This document shows, piece by piece, positions 9,600 to 18,957 of a stretch of DNA of 64,000 bases. A program made the position numbers and the translations under genes. Origin of the DNA: an uncultured Acidobacteriota bacterium (lineage in GTDB: Bacteria; Acidobacteriota; Vicinamibacteria; Fen-336); NCBI GenBank assembly GCA_963700695.1, contig CAVOYO010000012.1:100393-164392 (forward strand), written 5' to 3'. Below the pieces are notes generated by a model. That model ran no database searches. It saw nothing but the letters and a program-made list of their open reading frames with translations, and was not told the origin of the DNA. Within the stretch, counting starts at the first letter, position 1; every line of letters starts with the position of its first letter.

Positions 9600-10835
9600 G
9601 TGAGGAATCGCGATCGCGAGGTCGTCGTCACGGGCACGGGGGTCTGCTGCCACATGGGCGACGACTGGCCGAGCATCGAGTCGGCGCTGCGCGACGGTCG
9701 GCCCACGCCCTTCGCGACGTGGGCGCCGGCGGTGGAGCTCGAAACACAGTGCCAGGTGGTCGGGATCTACCCGAACGACCTGACGCTCGCGATCCTCGGG
9801 ATCGAGAAGCAGCAGGCGCGGTTCATGGGTCGCGCTGCCCTCCTGGCCTTGCGGGCCGCGCGACTCGCCCTCGGGCAGGCGCAGATCCCGACGCGGGACC
9901 TGGCGGTCGTCGTGGGCAGTGGCACCGGTGATGTGGCGACGCACCGCGACGTGGCTTCACGGCTGGCCCGGGACCGGGGTGCGCGCCGGATCTCGCCGAC
10001 GATCATCCCGCGCCTCATGGCGTCCACCGTCCCCGCGAACCTGGCCACGGTGCTGGGGGCGACCGGTCCGTCCTTCACCGCCACCGCCGCCTGCGCCGGA
10101 GGGGCGTACAACCTGCTGCTCGCCGCCCAGCTCATCGCCCTCGGCCACGTGGACGCGGCGATCGCCGGAGGCGTCGAGGTCGCGGACGTCCACTTCCACG
10201 TGGGCTTCGATGCGATGCGCGCGTACACGTCGAAGGACAACGACCGCCCCGATCGAGCGTCACGGCCCTACGCCGCCGACCGCGCCGGCTTCGTCTTCTC
10301 CGAGGGGGCGGGGGTCCTCGTGCTCGAGACGCGCGCCGGGGCCGACGCCCGTGGAGCAACCATCCTGGGGACACTCAAAGGCTGCGGGATGTCTTCCGAC
10401 GGCACCGGCAACATGGTGGCACCCGCGACCGAGGGAGCGGAGCTCGCGATGCGGCGCGCGCTCGAGCATGCCGGCGTGAGCCCGGGCGACATCGACTACA
10501 TCAATACCCACGGCACGTCCACCCCGCTAGGCGACGTGTCGGAGGTGCGGGCCATTCGGACCGTGTTCGAGGGCCGGCACGTTCCGTACTCCTCGACCAA
10601 GGGGTACACGGGCCACCCCGTCTCCGCCGCCGGGGCGATCGAGGCCATCTTCACGCTGGCGATGCTCCGCGGGGGCTGGATCGCCCCCTGCGTCAACGTG
10701 GAGACGCTGGACCCGGAGCTGGAGGACTACCCGCCGGTGCTGGAGCCCGAGTCGCGGGACATGTCCCTGGCCCTCTCCAACTCTTTCGGCTTCGGCGGGA
10801 CGAACGCGACCCTGGTGCTGGGGCGCCCTACGTGA
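9600..10835 (+). CDS. Beta-ketoacyl-ACP synthase (KAS I/II, FabF/FabB-like)
   Basis: VVVTGTG N-term; active-site Cys in ATAACAGG; His motifs NTHGTST and GYTGHPVSAAG; C-terminal NSFGFGGTN. Cys-His-His KAS triad. Confidence 0.85.
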   Translation: MRNRDREVVVTGTGVCCHMGDDWPSIESALRDGRPTPFATWAPAVELETQCQVVGIYPNDLTLAILGIEKQQARFMGRAALLALRAARLALGQAQIPTRDLAVVVGSGTGDVATHRDVASRLARDRGARRISPTIIPRLMASTVPANLATVLGATGPSFTATAACAGGAYNLLLAAQLIALGHVDAAIAGGVEVADVHFHVGFDAMRAYTSKDNDRPDRASRPYAADRAGFVFSEGAGVLVLETRAGADARGATILGTLKGCGMSSDGTGNMVAPATEGAELAMRRALEHAGVSPGDIDYINTHGTSTPLGDVSEVRAIRTVFEGRHVPYSSTKGYTGHPVSAAGAIEAIFTLAMLRGGWIAPCVNVETLDPELEDYPPVLEPESRDMSLALSNSFGFGGTNATLVLGRPT

Positions 10836-12294
10836 GTGCCTTCAGGAGTGCCTTGACGTGCGCGTAGAAGCGCTGCACCGACGAGATCTGCACCATCTCG
10901 TCCGGTGAATGGGCGTTGCGGATCTCCGGACCGATGGAGACGGCGTCGAGCCCCGGCAGCTTCTCGATCAGGAGCCCGCACTCCAGGCCGGCGTGGATGG
11001 CCTTGAGGGCCGGCCGCTCGCCGAAGAGCTCCTCGTACACGTCGAGGGTCTTGTTCACCAGCGCCGAGTCCGGGTTCGGCTTCCAGCCCGGATAGGCCTC
11101 GTCCTCGTCGACCTCGCCGCCGGCCAGCCGTGAGGCCGAGCGGATCTGCTCACGCACCGCGAAGAGAGCCGGCATCACCGACGACCGGTGCGACGTGGTG
11201 ATCCGGACCGCGTCCTTCTCGGTCGCGACGATGGCGACGTTGTTCGAGGTCTCCACGAGGCCCGGCACGTCCCGGGACATCGAGAGGACGCCGTGCGGCA
11301 GGGTCCGCAGCAGGTGGAGGAGCCGATCCCGGGCGTGCTGGTTGAAGACCTCCCGCATGTCTTCGCTGTCGTCCGGCTCCTCAACGACGATCTCGAGGCC
11401 GGGGTCGATGGCACCGAACTCCGCCTCGAACTCCCCCTTCATCTCCTCGATGACCGCCCGGAGGGCCTCCCGCTCGCCCTTCGGCACGCGGCACGTGGCG
11501 AAGGCCTCCCGGGGGATGGCGTTGTGCTTCGAGCCGCCGTCGAGAGAGACGAGGTCGAGCTCGATGCCCTTCTCGACGGCGGCGAGCAGGATCCGGTTCA
11601 ATACTTTCAACGCGTTGCCCCGGTTCTCGATGATGTTGAGGCCGGAGTGCCCGCCCTTGAGCCCCTTCACCGTGAGCCTGACCGGTACCGAGCCGAGCGA
11701 CCCGCGGCGCCGGGCCACCGGAAGCGTCGTGACGGCATCGGCGCCCCCCGCGCAGCCGAAGTAGACGGCCCCGTCCTCCTCGGTGTCGAGGTTCAGCATC
11801 ACGCGGCCCGAGACGATGGAGGGGTCGAGGGCCTTGGCCCCGGTGAGGCCCGTCTCCTCGTCGACGGTGCAGAGGATCTCGAGCGGGCCGTGCACCACGT
11901 CGGGATCGTCGGCCACGGCCATGGCCGTGGCCACGCCGATGCCGTTGTCGGCGCCGAGGGTGGTCCCGTTGGCCTTCACCCAGTCCCCGTCCACCCGGAC
12001 GTCGATGGGGTCCTTCATGAAGTCGAACGCCACGTCCGAGTTCTTCTCGCAGACCATGTCGAGGTGGCCCTGGAGGATGACGGTCGGGGCCTTCTCGTGG
12101 CCCGGGGTCGCCGGGACCTTCACCGCCAGGCTCCCGGTGGCGTCCTTGAGGACCTCGTAACCCTTGCCCTTCGCCCAGCCCTCCACGTGCGCCGCCACCT
12201 TCTCCTCGTGCTTGGAGGGACGGGGGATCCGGCGGATGTCGTCGAAGTGGGACCAGAGGAGCTTCGGCTCCAGATTCTCCAGGGGACTGCTCAT
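10828..12294 (-). CDS. pepD: Aminoacyl-histidine (Xaa-His) dipeptidase PepD, M20C family
   Basis: MSSPLENLEPKLLWSHFDDIRRIPRPSKHEEKV..., GHLDMV, DNGIGVA, CTVDEETG motifs. Only the C-terminal 488 codons of the 1003-aa track ORF are genuine; the rest is antisense to 12409..14058. ATG at 12294. Confidence 0.85.
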   Translation of the reverse strand: MSSPLENLEPKLLWSHFDDIRRIPRPSKHEEKVAAHVEGWAKGKGYEVLKDATGSLAVKVPATPGHEKAPTVILQGHLDMVCEKNSDVAFDFMKDPIDVRVDGDWVKANGTTLGADNGIGVATAMAVADDPDVVHGPLEILCTVDEETGLTGAKALDPSIVSGRVMLNLDTEEDGAVYFGCAGGADAVTTLPVARRRGSLGSVPVRLTVKGLKGGHSGLNIIENRGNALKVLNRILLAAVEKGIELDLVSLDGGSKHNAIPREAFATCRVPKGEREALRAVIEEMKGEFEAEFGAIDPGLEIVVEEPDDSEDMREVFNQHARDRLLHLLRTLPHGVLSMSRDVPGLVETSNNVAIVATEKDAVRITTSHRSSVMPALFAVREQIRSASRLAGGEVDEDEAYPGWKPNPDSALVNKTLDVYEELFGERPALKAIHAGLECGLLIEKLPGLDAVSIGPEIRNAHSPDEMVQISSVQRFYAHVKALLKALT

Positions 12295-12408
12295 CGTCGA
12301 CTCCTTCCTGTGCGGCGCGGCGGCCGGGGGGCGTGCGGTTCGGGCCGGTGAGATAAGCTTATGCCGCCTCGTGAGAGCCCTGCAAACCTGAACACTGGGG
12401 GTGGCCGC

Positions 12409-14058
12409 ATGAGACGAGTCGTTCTGGTCGGCGTGGCCGCGGGCCTTCTCGGTGGGACGCTCGCCGGCGCCCAGACGGACGACCCGTTCGCACGCGCTCG
12501 CGAGAACGGCGTGCGGTTCGAGGAGGCCCTCTCCCGGTGCCATCGGGTGCTGGAGGCCTGGCTCTCCCACGCCGACGAACGCACGCTGCTCCTTCCGGAC
12601 CGGCTGCCCGGGGAGCGGGGTCTGAAACCTGGGGCCACCCCCCTCTACACGCCCCACAACTCCGGGGCCGACCTCTACCCGTACCTGGTGCTCACCGCGC
12701 ACCTCACCGCTCCCGAGCTCTACCGCGGGCGCATGCTGGAGATGCTCCGGAACGAGGTCCGGTACACGACACGCGCCGACTCGATCCCCGCCAACCTGGC
12801 GCTCACGACCGGCGAGCTGGGCGAGCCCAGCCTGTTCGGGGCCGGCGAGTACGCCAAGGACGGCCTGCTGTCGATCACGGAGCTGCTGGGCCGTACGCCG
12901 TGGTTCTACCGGATGGTCGACATGACCGCGGACCTCATGCGCCACGCGCCGGTGCCGACCCGATTCGGCAACCTCCCGGCCTCCGACTCCGAGCTCAACG
13001 GCGACGTCCTGCAGGTCCTGGTGCGCCTGTGGCCGATGACCGGCGACCATCGTTTCCGCGACTGGGCCCGGCGGATCGGCGATGCCTACGTCGACGAGGT
13101 CCTGCCCGGCAACCACGGCCTGCCGAGCCGGACGTGGGATTTCGAGGCGCACTCGGGGGACGGCCGATTGCGTCTCCGTGACCACGGAAACGAGATCGTG
13201 GTTGGGCTCACGCTGCTGTACGCACTCGAGCAGGCCCGGGAGGGCGATCGTGCCCCGCGATATCGGGCCGCCGTTCAGCGGATGCTCGACCGCATCCTGG
13301 AATCGGCCAACGCCGACGGGATGCTCTACAACGAGATCGACGCGACGACCCTTGCCGCTGTCGATTCGGGGCTCTCGGACAACTGGGGCTACGTCTACGG
13401 TGCCGTGTACTCGTTCTACCAGACGACGGGAATGCCCGCGTACCGGGATGCCGTTCGCCGCGTCCTGACGAACCTGCCCCGCTACCGGGAACACGACTGG
13501 GAATCGGGGTCGTTCGACGGCTACGCGGACGCCATCGAGAGCGCTTTGTACCTCGTCAGCCGCGAGCCGGTGCCCGAGGCCCTCGAGTGGATCGAGTCCG
13601 AGATCCGCATCATGAAGGCCATGCAAAAGCCGTCCGGTCTGATCGAGCACTGGTACGGCGAGGGCAACTTCAACCGCACGCTCCTGCTCTATGCGCTCTT
13701 CAAGAGCCAGGGCTGTCGACCTGATCGCTGGACGCCGGGCGTCCGCCTCGGCGCCGTGCGCGACGGTGAGCGTTTGCGGCTGAGCCTGGTCGAACCGGAG
13801 GGCCGGAACGGCCGCGTCCACTTCGACCGGGCCCGGCACCGCCGTGTCCTTAATCTAGACCGGGACTACGTGAGGCTGAACGAGTTTCCCGAGTGGTTCG
13901 TGATCGACGAGAACACGCTTTACCGTCTCGTGCCCAAACGGGGTGACGCCCATGTGCGTCTGGGCTCGGAGCTGATCGACGGTATCGCGCTCGAGCCGGG
14001 CGAGTGGACCGTCGAGCCCCTGGGGCCGCCCCCCTACGGGCCGGACCTCGTCCCCTGA
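12409..14058 (+). CDS. Secreted hypothetical protein, possibly (alpha/alpha)-barrel glycoside-hydrolase-like
   Basis: MRRVVLVGVAAGLLGGTLAGAQT signal peptide preceded by GGGGG SD-like; coherent globular sequence (DNWGYVYGAVYSFYQTTGMPAYRDAV). Family not recognised with certainty. Confidence 0.55.
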   Translation: MRRVVLVGVAAGLLGGTLAGAQTDDPFARARENGVRFEEALSRCHRVLEAWLSHADERTLLLPDRLPGERGLKPGATPLYTPHNSGADLYPYLVLTAHLTAPELYRGRMLEMLRNEVRYTTRADSIPANLALTTGELGEPSLFGAGEYAKDGLLSITELLGRTPWFYRMVDMTADLMRHAPVPTRFGNLPASDSELNGDVLQVLVRLWPMTGDHRFRDWARRIGDAYVDEVLPGNHGLPSRTWDFEAHSGDGRLRLRDHGNEIVVGLTLLYALEQAREGDRAPRYRAAVQRMLDRILESANADGMLYNEIDATTLAAVDSGLSDNWGYVYGAVYSFYQTTGMPAYRDAVRRVLTNLPRYREHDWESGSFDGYADAIESALYLVSREPVPEALEWIESEIRIMKAMQKPSGLIEHWYGEGNFNRTLLLYALFKSQGCRPDRWTPGVRLGAVRDGERLRLSLVEPEGRNGRVHFDRARHRRVLNLDRDYVRLNEFPEWFVIDENTLYRLVPKRGDAHVRLGSELIDGIALEPGEWTVEPLGPPPYGPDLVP

Positions 14059-14063
14059 TCGCT

Positions 14064-16993
14064 CTACGAGGCCGACACCTCGAGACCGCAAGTGCTGAGC
14101 GAGAAGTCGACGAGGCGGGCGCGGGCGTTCTCGAAGCGCTGGCGCAGCAGATCGCGTAGCGCTTCCGCGTGGTGCAGATCGGGTGAGGCGAACAGAGCGT
14201 ACCCGCCCCCGCCGGCCCCGAGGAGCTTGACGCCATCGCAGTGATCACGCGTGGCGGAGAGGATCTCCTCCACCTCCGGGTTGGTCGTGCTCGGGTGCAC
14301 CCGGCAGTTGGCCTGCCAGGAGAGGGCCAGGACGTCGGCGATGGCCCGCCGATCGCGCCGCTCGATGGCGTCCTTGGCGTCCAACGCGAGCTGGGCCATG
14401 TGCTGGAGGGTGAAGAGGTACGCCTTCGATCCGCTGTTCACCTGGTCGACCACGTCGGCCAGGATGTTCTTCGCCAGGCGGGTGATGCCCGTGTAGAACA
14501 GCGTGAAGCAGCCCAGGCTGTCCCGGTCCTGAAACAGGATAGGGATCGAGCTGGTGGGTGACGGGATGCGGCCGGAAGCCGGGGCGGCTCTGGATGCACT
14601 TGATGCCCGCCGACCGCGCCCCCGATTTGATCCTGCCAGCCCCCACCCGTGGTCAGCATCTGCTCCACCTGGAGGACCTGACGGATCAGCTCGTCCATGA
14701 TGACGGGCCGACCGAAGAAGCGCGAGAACGCGGCCAGGATGACCGCCCCCAGGATCGAGGAGGTCCCGAGGCCCGAGCCCTTGGGCACCGCGCACAGCAG
14801 CGTGATCTCCAGCCCGGCGCCGAGGCGTTCGAGAAGATCCCCGAGCGTCCGGCTCTCGTCCTCCGCGACGCCAATCCCCATCAGGGAGAGCGCGGCCTTC
14901 GGCAGCGCGAAGGGTGAGGCGGGATCGTTGTGGTCCCGCAGCTGCTCGAAGCGGGTGAACGTCTCGGTGTGGCCCAGGTCGATCGAGTGGATGCGCACGT
15001 GGCGCTCCGCGGTGCGGCGGCAGAACACCTGGATGGGCGGCTGCCCGTTGAGGTCCACCGCGAGGTTCACCACCCGGCCGCCGTGGCGCAGCGTGTAGGG
15101 CGGGGTGTCGGTCCACCCGCCGGCGACGTCGAGCCGCACCGGGGCCCGCGCCCACACGATCTGGTCCTCCTTGAGGGCCAGGCGAAGCGGGAGAGCGTCC
15201 GTCGTCCGTGGCACGTACTCGATCTCAGGAAGCCGTGGCGCCGCATCCGCGCGCGGCCCGGCGATCGTGCGATAGAGACGCTCGCGGTAGGCGCGCAAGA
15301 CGGCGTCGTCGGTGCGCTCGAGCCACTCGGCGAGCGGGCGACGCCACTCCTCGCCTCCGAACGTGGATTCAAAATCCTGCGCGCTCACCCCTTGCCAGCC
15401 ATGACCGCGTTCAAAGAGGTCGCGTAGCAACTCCCGGCGCCGGGCCACCCGGCGATCCTCCCGGCGGAGAACGTCGTCACCCTCCAGGATCTCGTAGAAC
15501 GACCAGCGCCGCGCCGCGCGGAAATTGTCGGTCCAGCTCGAGTCCGGGCGGGTCAGGTAGCCGGCGAGGAGCTCGGTCGACGGATCACAACAGAACAGCC
15601 GCGCGGCGAAGAGGTCGGTCGCGTCGTCGCCCTCGAAGACGTCCGCCCGGGTGAGCCTGCGCTCGTCGAGCCACCGGTCGAGGGGCTCACCGCAGTAGAC
15701 GAGGTCAGCCGGGTCGTCGGCGACCCTGAAGCTGTCCTGGGCGGAGACGACCACGATGACCCGATCCTCGCCGAGCCAGCGCTCCTCGATCGCGATCCCC
15801 GCCGGAATCTCGAAGGGTATCTCGGCGCCGTCGAGCCCCACGAGGAGGTTGTCGCCGCCGAGAGACGGGAACGAGCAGGATGAGCAGGACTCCACGAGCA
15901 CCGGCGCGTGGGCGGGGCCTCCCGTGCTCACGGTGGCGCTGTTGTGGATGATGCCCTCCGATGTCACCAGCGGTCGGATCTCGCCCTCCTCGGGCTCGTA
16001 GAAGGGCCGTGCCTGGTGGGCGATGAGCTCGCGGCAGGCCCCGGGGAACTCGGAGAGGCTCCCGAGGTGCAGGAACGTCGTCGATCGGGTGATCGTTCCG
16101 CCGAGCCCGAACGGGTGGAACGCCTCGTAAACCACGCGCGCCAGCGCCGGGGGGAGGGTGCTCGCGTCCTTCACGCGCTCCCAGAAGGCCTCGAAGGAGA
16201 GGCCATCCAGGCACGCGGTCAGCACCTCCAGATACAGGTCGAAGCGCGCCCGTCCGGACGCCAGTCCGCCCATGAGCGAGCCGCCCTCGAAGGGCGTCTC
16301 GCCCAGGGTGAGGAAGGCCTGGAGGGCCCCCGGGTCCAGGGAGAGGAGCCCGATGTCGAGGGCGCACTCTCCGGTGCCTTCGATCAGCGCCTGCTCGGCC
16401 AGGACCCCGACCGGTGCCTTCTGGAAGTAATCGATCACCCGCTCGCGGCGCCGGTCGAAGCGGAAGACGCCGTGACGCGAGCCCTGCTCCAGGGGAGCCG
16501 GCTTGGCGAATCCGAACACGGGCCCCCGCTCCTCGGGCACGCTCGCCGCGTCGAAGTCGATGAACACGTCCGCGGTGGTGACCACGGTCTCTCCGGGTCG
16601 CCAGGGGTACTTCAAGAAGAGCCCGAGCTGGGCATCGAGCACCACCGGAGGCAGCAGCGCGCTCGACGGCAGGGGCAGAGGCGCAAAGAGCTTTCCCTCG
16701 GAGGCATAGCATGGCAGCCGGCGGCTCTCCCCGCCTGCGTGGATCAACAGGATGCGCTGGCGTCCCAGGAACTCGGCGGAGTCGTCGGGCTCTCGGCGCT
16801 CGAGGAGCTGCGCGAGCGCCCACAGCGTCCCGCCTCCGGTGCCCACGCGGCCGCCGGCGGGGTCGGCGACCACCTCGAAGGCGATCTCGCGGGGGTAGAG
16901 GCCGGCATTCTGTCGGCGGGCGATCAGGCTGCGGAAGGCCTCCGCCTGTCGCTCGGAGGCGGCGGTGATGAGGACGATGTCGAAGAGCTGCAT
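14064..16993 (-). CDS. fkp: Bifunctional L-fucokinase / L-fucose-1-phosphate guanylyltransferase (FKP/FKGP-like), frame broken twice near 14560-14595
   Basis: N-terminal fucose-1-P guanylyltransferase/'fucokinase' domain. GHMP-kinase motif PKGSGLGTSSILGAVILAAFS, then TTGGGWQDQIGGAVGG. The continuation IKCIQSRPGF and SSIPILFQDRDSLGCFTLFYTGITRLA...KLLGAGGGGYALF lie in the other two frames (track ORFs 14245..14646 and 14064..15155). Total ~975 aa, matching FKP length. Confidence 0.75.
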
Positions 16994-17130
16994 GGATCTT
17001 CCGGAGCGTCCGAGGCGCCTATCCTCTCACAGCGGGAGAACAGGGAGTGTCACCGTCGGACGCTCCACGGGGGTGTGATACCTTCCGCTTGCCGGCGTCC
17101 CGGGCGGGACAAGGAGGGTGTGAGTCGGCC

Positions 17131-18105
17131 ATGAAGAGAGCGGTGGTCTGCGGTGCGGGTGGCTTCATCGGGGGCCACCTGGTCGAGCGTCTGAAGAAGG
17201 AGGGCCTCTGGGTGCGAGGGGTCGACATCAAGCAGCACGAGTTCCGGCAGACGGCTGCCGACGAGTTCCTGCAGCTCGATCTCCGTGACCCGGAGAGCTG
17301 CGTGCGGGCGGTGCTCGTCGACGGCAAACCCGCCGACGAGGTCTATCAGCTGGCCGCCGACATGGGCGGCATGGGATTCATCCACTCCGCCGAGTGCGAG
17401 ATCATGCACAACAGCCTGCTGATCAACACGCACATGAGCCACGCGGCGGCCCAGCAGGGAGTGCCCCGCTATCTCTTCTCTTCGTCGGCGTGCGTCTATC
17501 GGGATCAGCAGCCGGACGAGCCGGACCTCACCGAGGACGACGCGTACCCGGCACAGCCCGACAACGAGTACGGCTGGGAGAAGCTCTACTCGGAGCGGGT
17601 GGCGCTGGCCTACCAGCGCAACCAGGGCATGACGGTGCGGGTGGCCCGCTTCCAGAACTGCTACGGGCCCTACGGCACCTGGAACGGCGGACGCGAGAAG
17701 GCCCCCGCCGCGATGTGCCGCAAGGTCGCGGCGGTCGAGGACGGCGGCACGATCGAGGTGTGGGGCGACGGGACGGCCATGCGCGTCTTCACCTACGTCG
17801 ACGACCTCGTCGACGGCATCCACCTGCTCATGCAGTCCGACGTCGAAGAGCCCACGAACATCGGCGCCGACGAGCGCATATCCGTCAACGGCCTCGTGGC
17901 GCTCGTGGCCGAGGTGGCCGGCAAGAAGGTGAACACCCGCCACGTCGACGGCCCCGTGGGCGTTCACGCGCGCAACCACAGCTCGGACCGGATCCGCGCG
18001 ATGGGCTGGGTCGACCGGCACAGCCTCCGTGACGGCATTGCCAGGACGTACCCCTGGGTGAAGGAGCAGACCGAGCAGGCAATGGCGCGCGGGGAGAGGG
18101 TCTAG
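17131..18105 (+). CDS. gme: GDP-mannose 3,5-epimerase (GME) homolog, SDR family
   Basis: Near-identity blocks to plant GME: GAGGFIGGHL, LAADMGGMGFI, SSSACVY, ARFQNCYGPYGTWNGGREKAPAAMCRK, WVKEQ. AAGGAGGG SD 12 nt upstream of ATG 17131. Confidence 0.85.
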   Translation: MKRAVVCGAGGFIGGHLVERLKKEGLWVRGVDIKQHEFRQTAADEFLQLDLRDPESCVRAVLVDGKPADEVYQLAADMGGMGFIHSAECEIMHNSLLINTHMSHAAAQQGVPRYLFSSSACVYRDQQPDEPDLTEDDAYPAQPDNEYGWEKLYSERVALAYQRNQGMTVRVARFQNCYGPYGTWNGGREKAPAAMCRKVAAVEDGGTIEVWGDGTAMRVFTYVDDLVDGIHLLMQSDVEEPTNIGADERISVNGLVALVAEVAGKKVNTRHVDGPVGVHARNHSSDRIRAMGWVDRHSLRDGIARTYPWVKEQTEQAMARGERV

Positions 18106-18408
18106 CCGCCGGCAAGGCTGACGTCCCGCGGCGCGCTGTCCGCCCATCGGGCGAGGGACCTGTCCACCCTGACCGTCCGAGGGAACTCTCGAAGGGTACT
18201 GGCCCCGGCTCTGCCTGCCACTTCCCGCAAGGGACATCGCGCCGGTTCTGTCCGAAAACTCGCCATTCGTGTGGCCTGTCCCGATCGCGACGGTGCACAG
18301 CCCAACTCTCTGATCCACAGCCAGTTGTGCGCCTGTGGTCGGGTTTCACCGGGATGGCACGCCCCTTGATGTCTTCGCCCGCGGCCGAGGTTGGCCGTGG
18401 AGGGCGTC

Positions 18409-18930
18409 ATGCAGAGGGCGATCAAGACGATGTCGGTGCTGGCGGCGCTGGTCATGGCCGCGGCGTGCGGCAGCGACTCCAACCCTACCGCTCCGAGCAC
18501 CCCGGTCGAGACCACGGCACCGAAGGCCGACATCACAGTGGCCGTCGGCCCGGACGCGGTCTCTGGACCGAGCCTCGATCCCGGCTACACGAGCTACGTC
18601 CGGTTCACCGCCTCGATGAGCGAGGCCGCAGGCCTCGGTGCCCACCTCAACTACGTGCGCGGGGACTTCTACCAGGATGGCGCCCTCGTGGACCGGTCCC
18701 ACTTCACCGCGGCTCAGCTCATCGAGGAGACGGGATCGAACCGGCTCGAAGCGGCCTCCGCACGGAGCTTCCCCGTGCTCCTCCGGTGGAACGCCTCCTG
18801 CGACCTGATCCGGGTGACGTTCCAGTTCACCGACGACCAGGGCCACGACCACCACCTCGTCGGGAACATCGGCCCCACCTCGACCGCTATCGCGGCCTCG
18901 ACGGACGACGACGAGGCGCCTCGCCTGTAG
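18409..18930 (+). CDS. Hypothetical lipoprotein
   Basis: MQRAIKTMSVLAALVMAAACGSD lipobox (AAC); GGAGGG SD before ATG 18409. Confidence 0.55.
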   Translation: MQRAIKTMSVLAALVMAAACGSDSNPTAPSTPVETTAPKADITVAVGPDAVSGPSLDPGYTSYVRFTASMSEAAGLGAHLNYVRGDFYQDGALVDRSHFTAAQLIEETGSNRLEAASARSFPVLLRWNASCDLIRVTFQFTDDQGHDHHLVGNIGPTSTAIAASTDDDEAPRL

Positions 18931-18957
18931 CTGGCAGTCCGAGGCCTCGCTCGGTCG

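Noticed and set aside
12295-13839. N-terminal half of the 1003-aa minus-strand ORF 10828..13839
   Set aside because: Only the C-terminal 488 aa (from MSSPLENL) match PepD. The upstream part is antisense to the well-formed signal-peptide gene 12409..14058 and is low-complexity.
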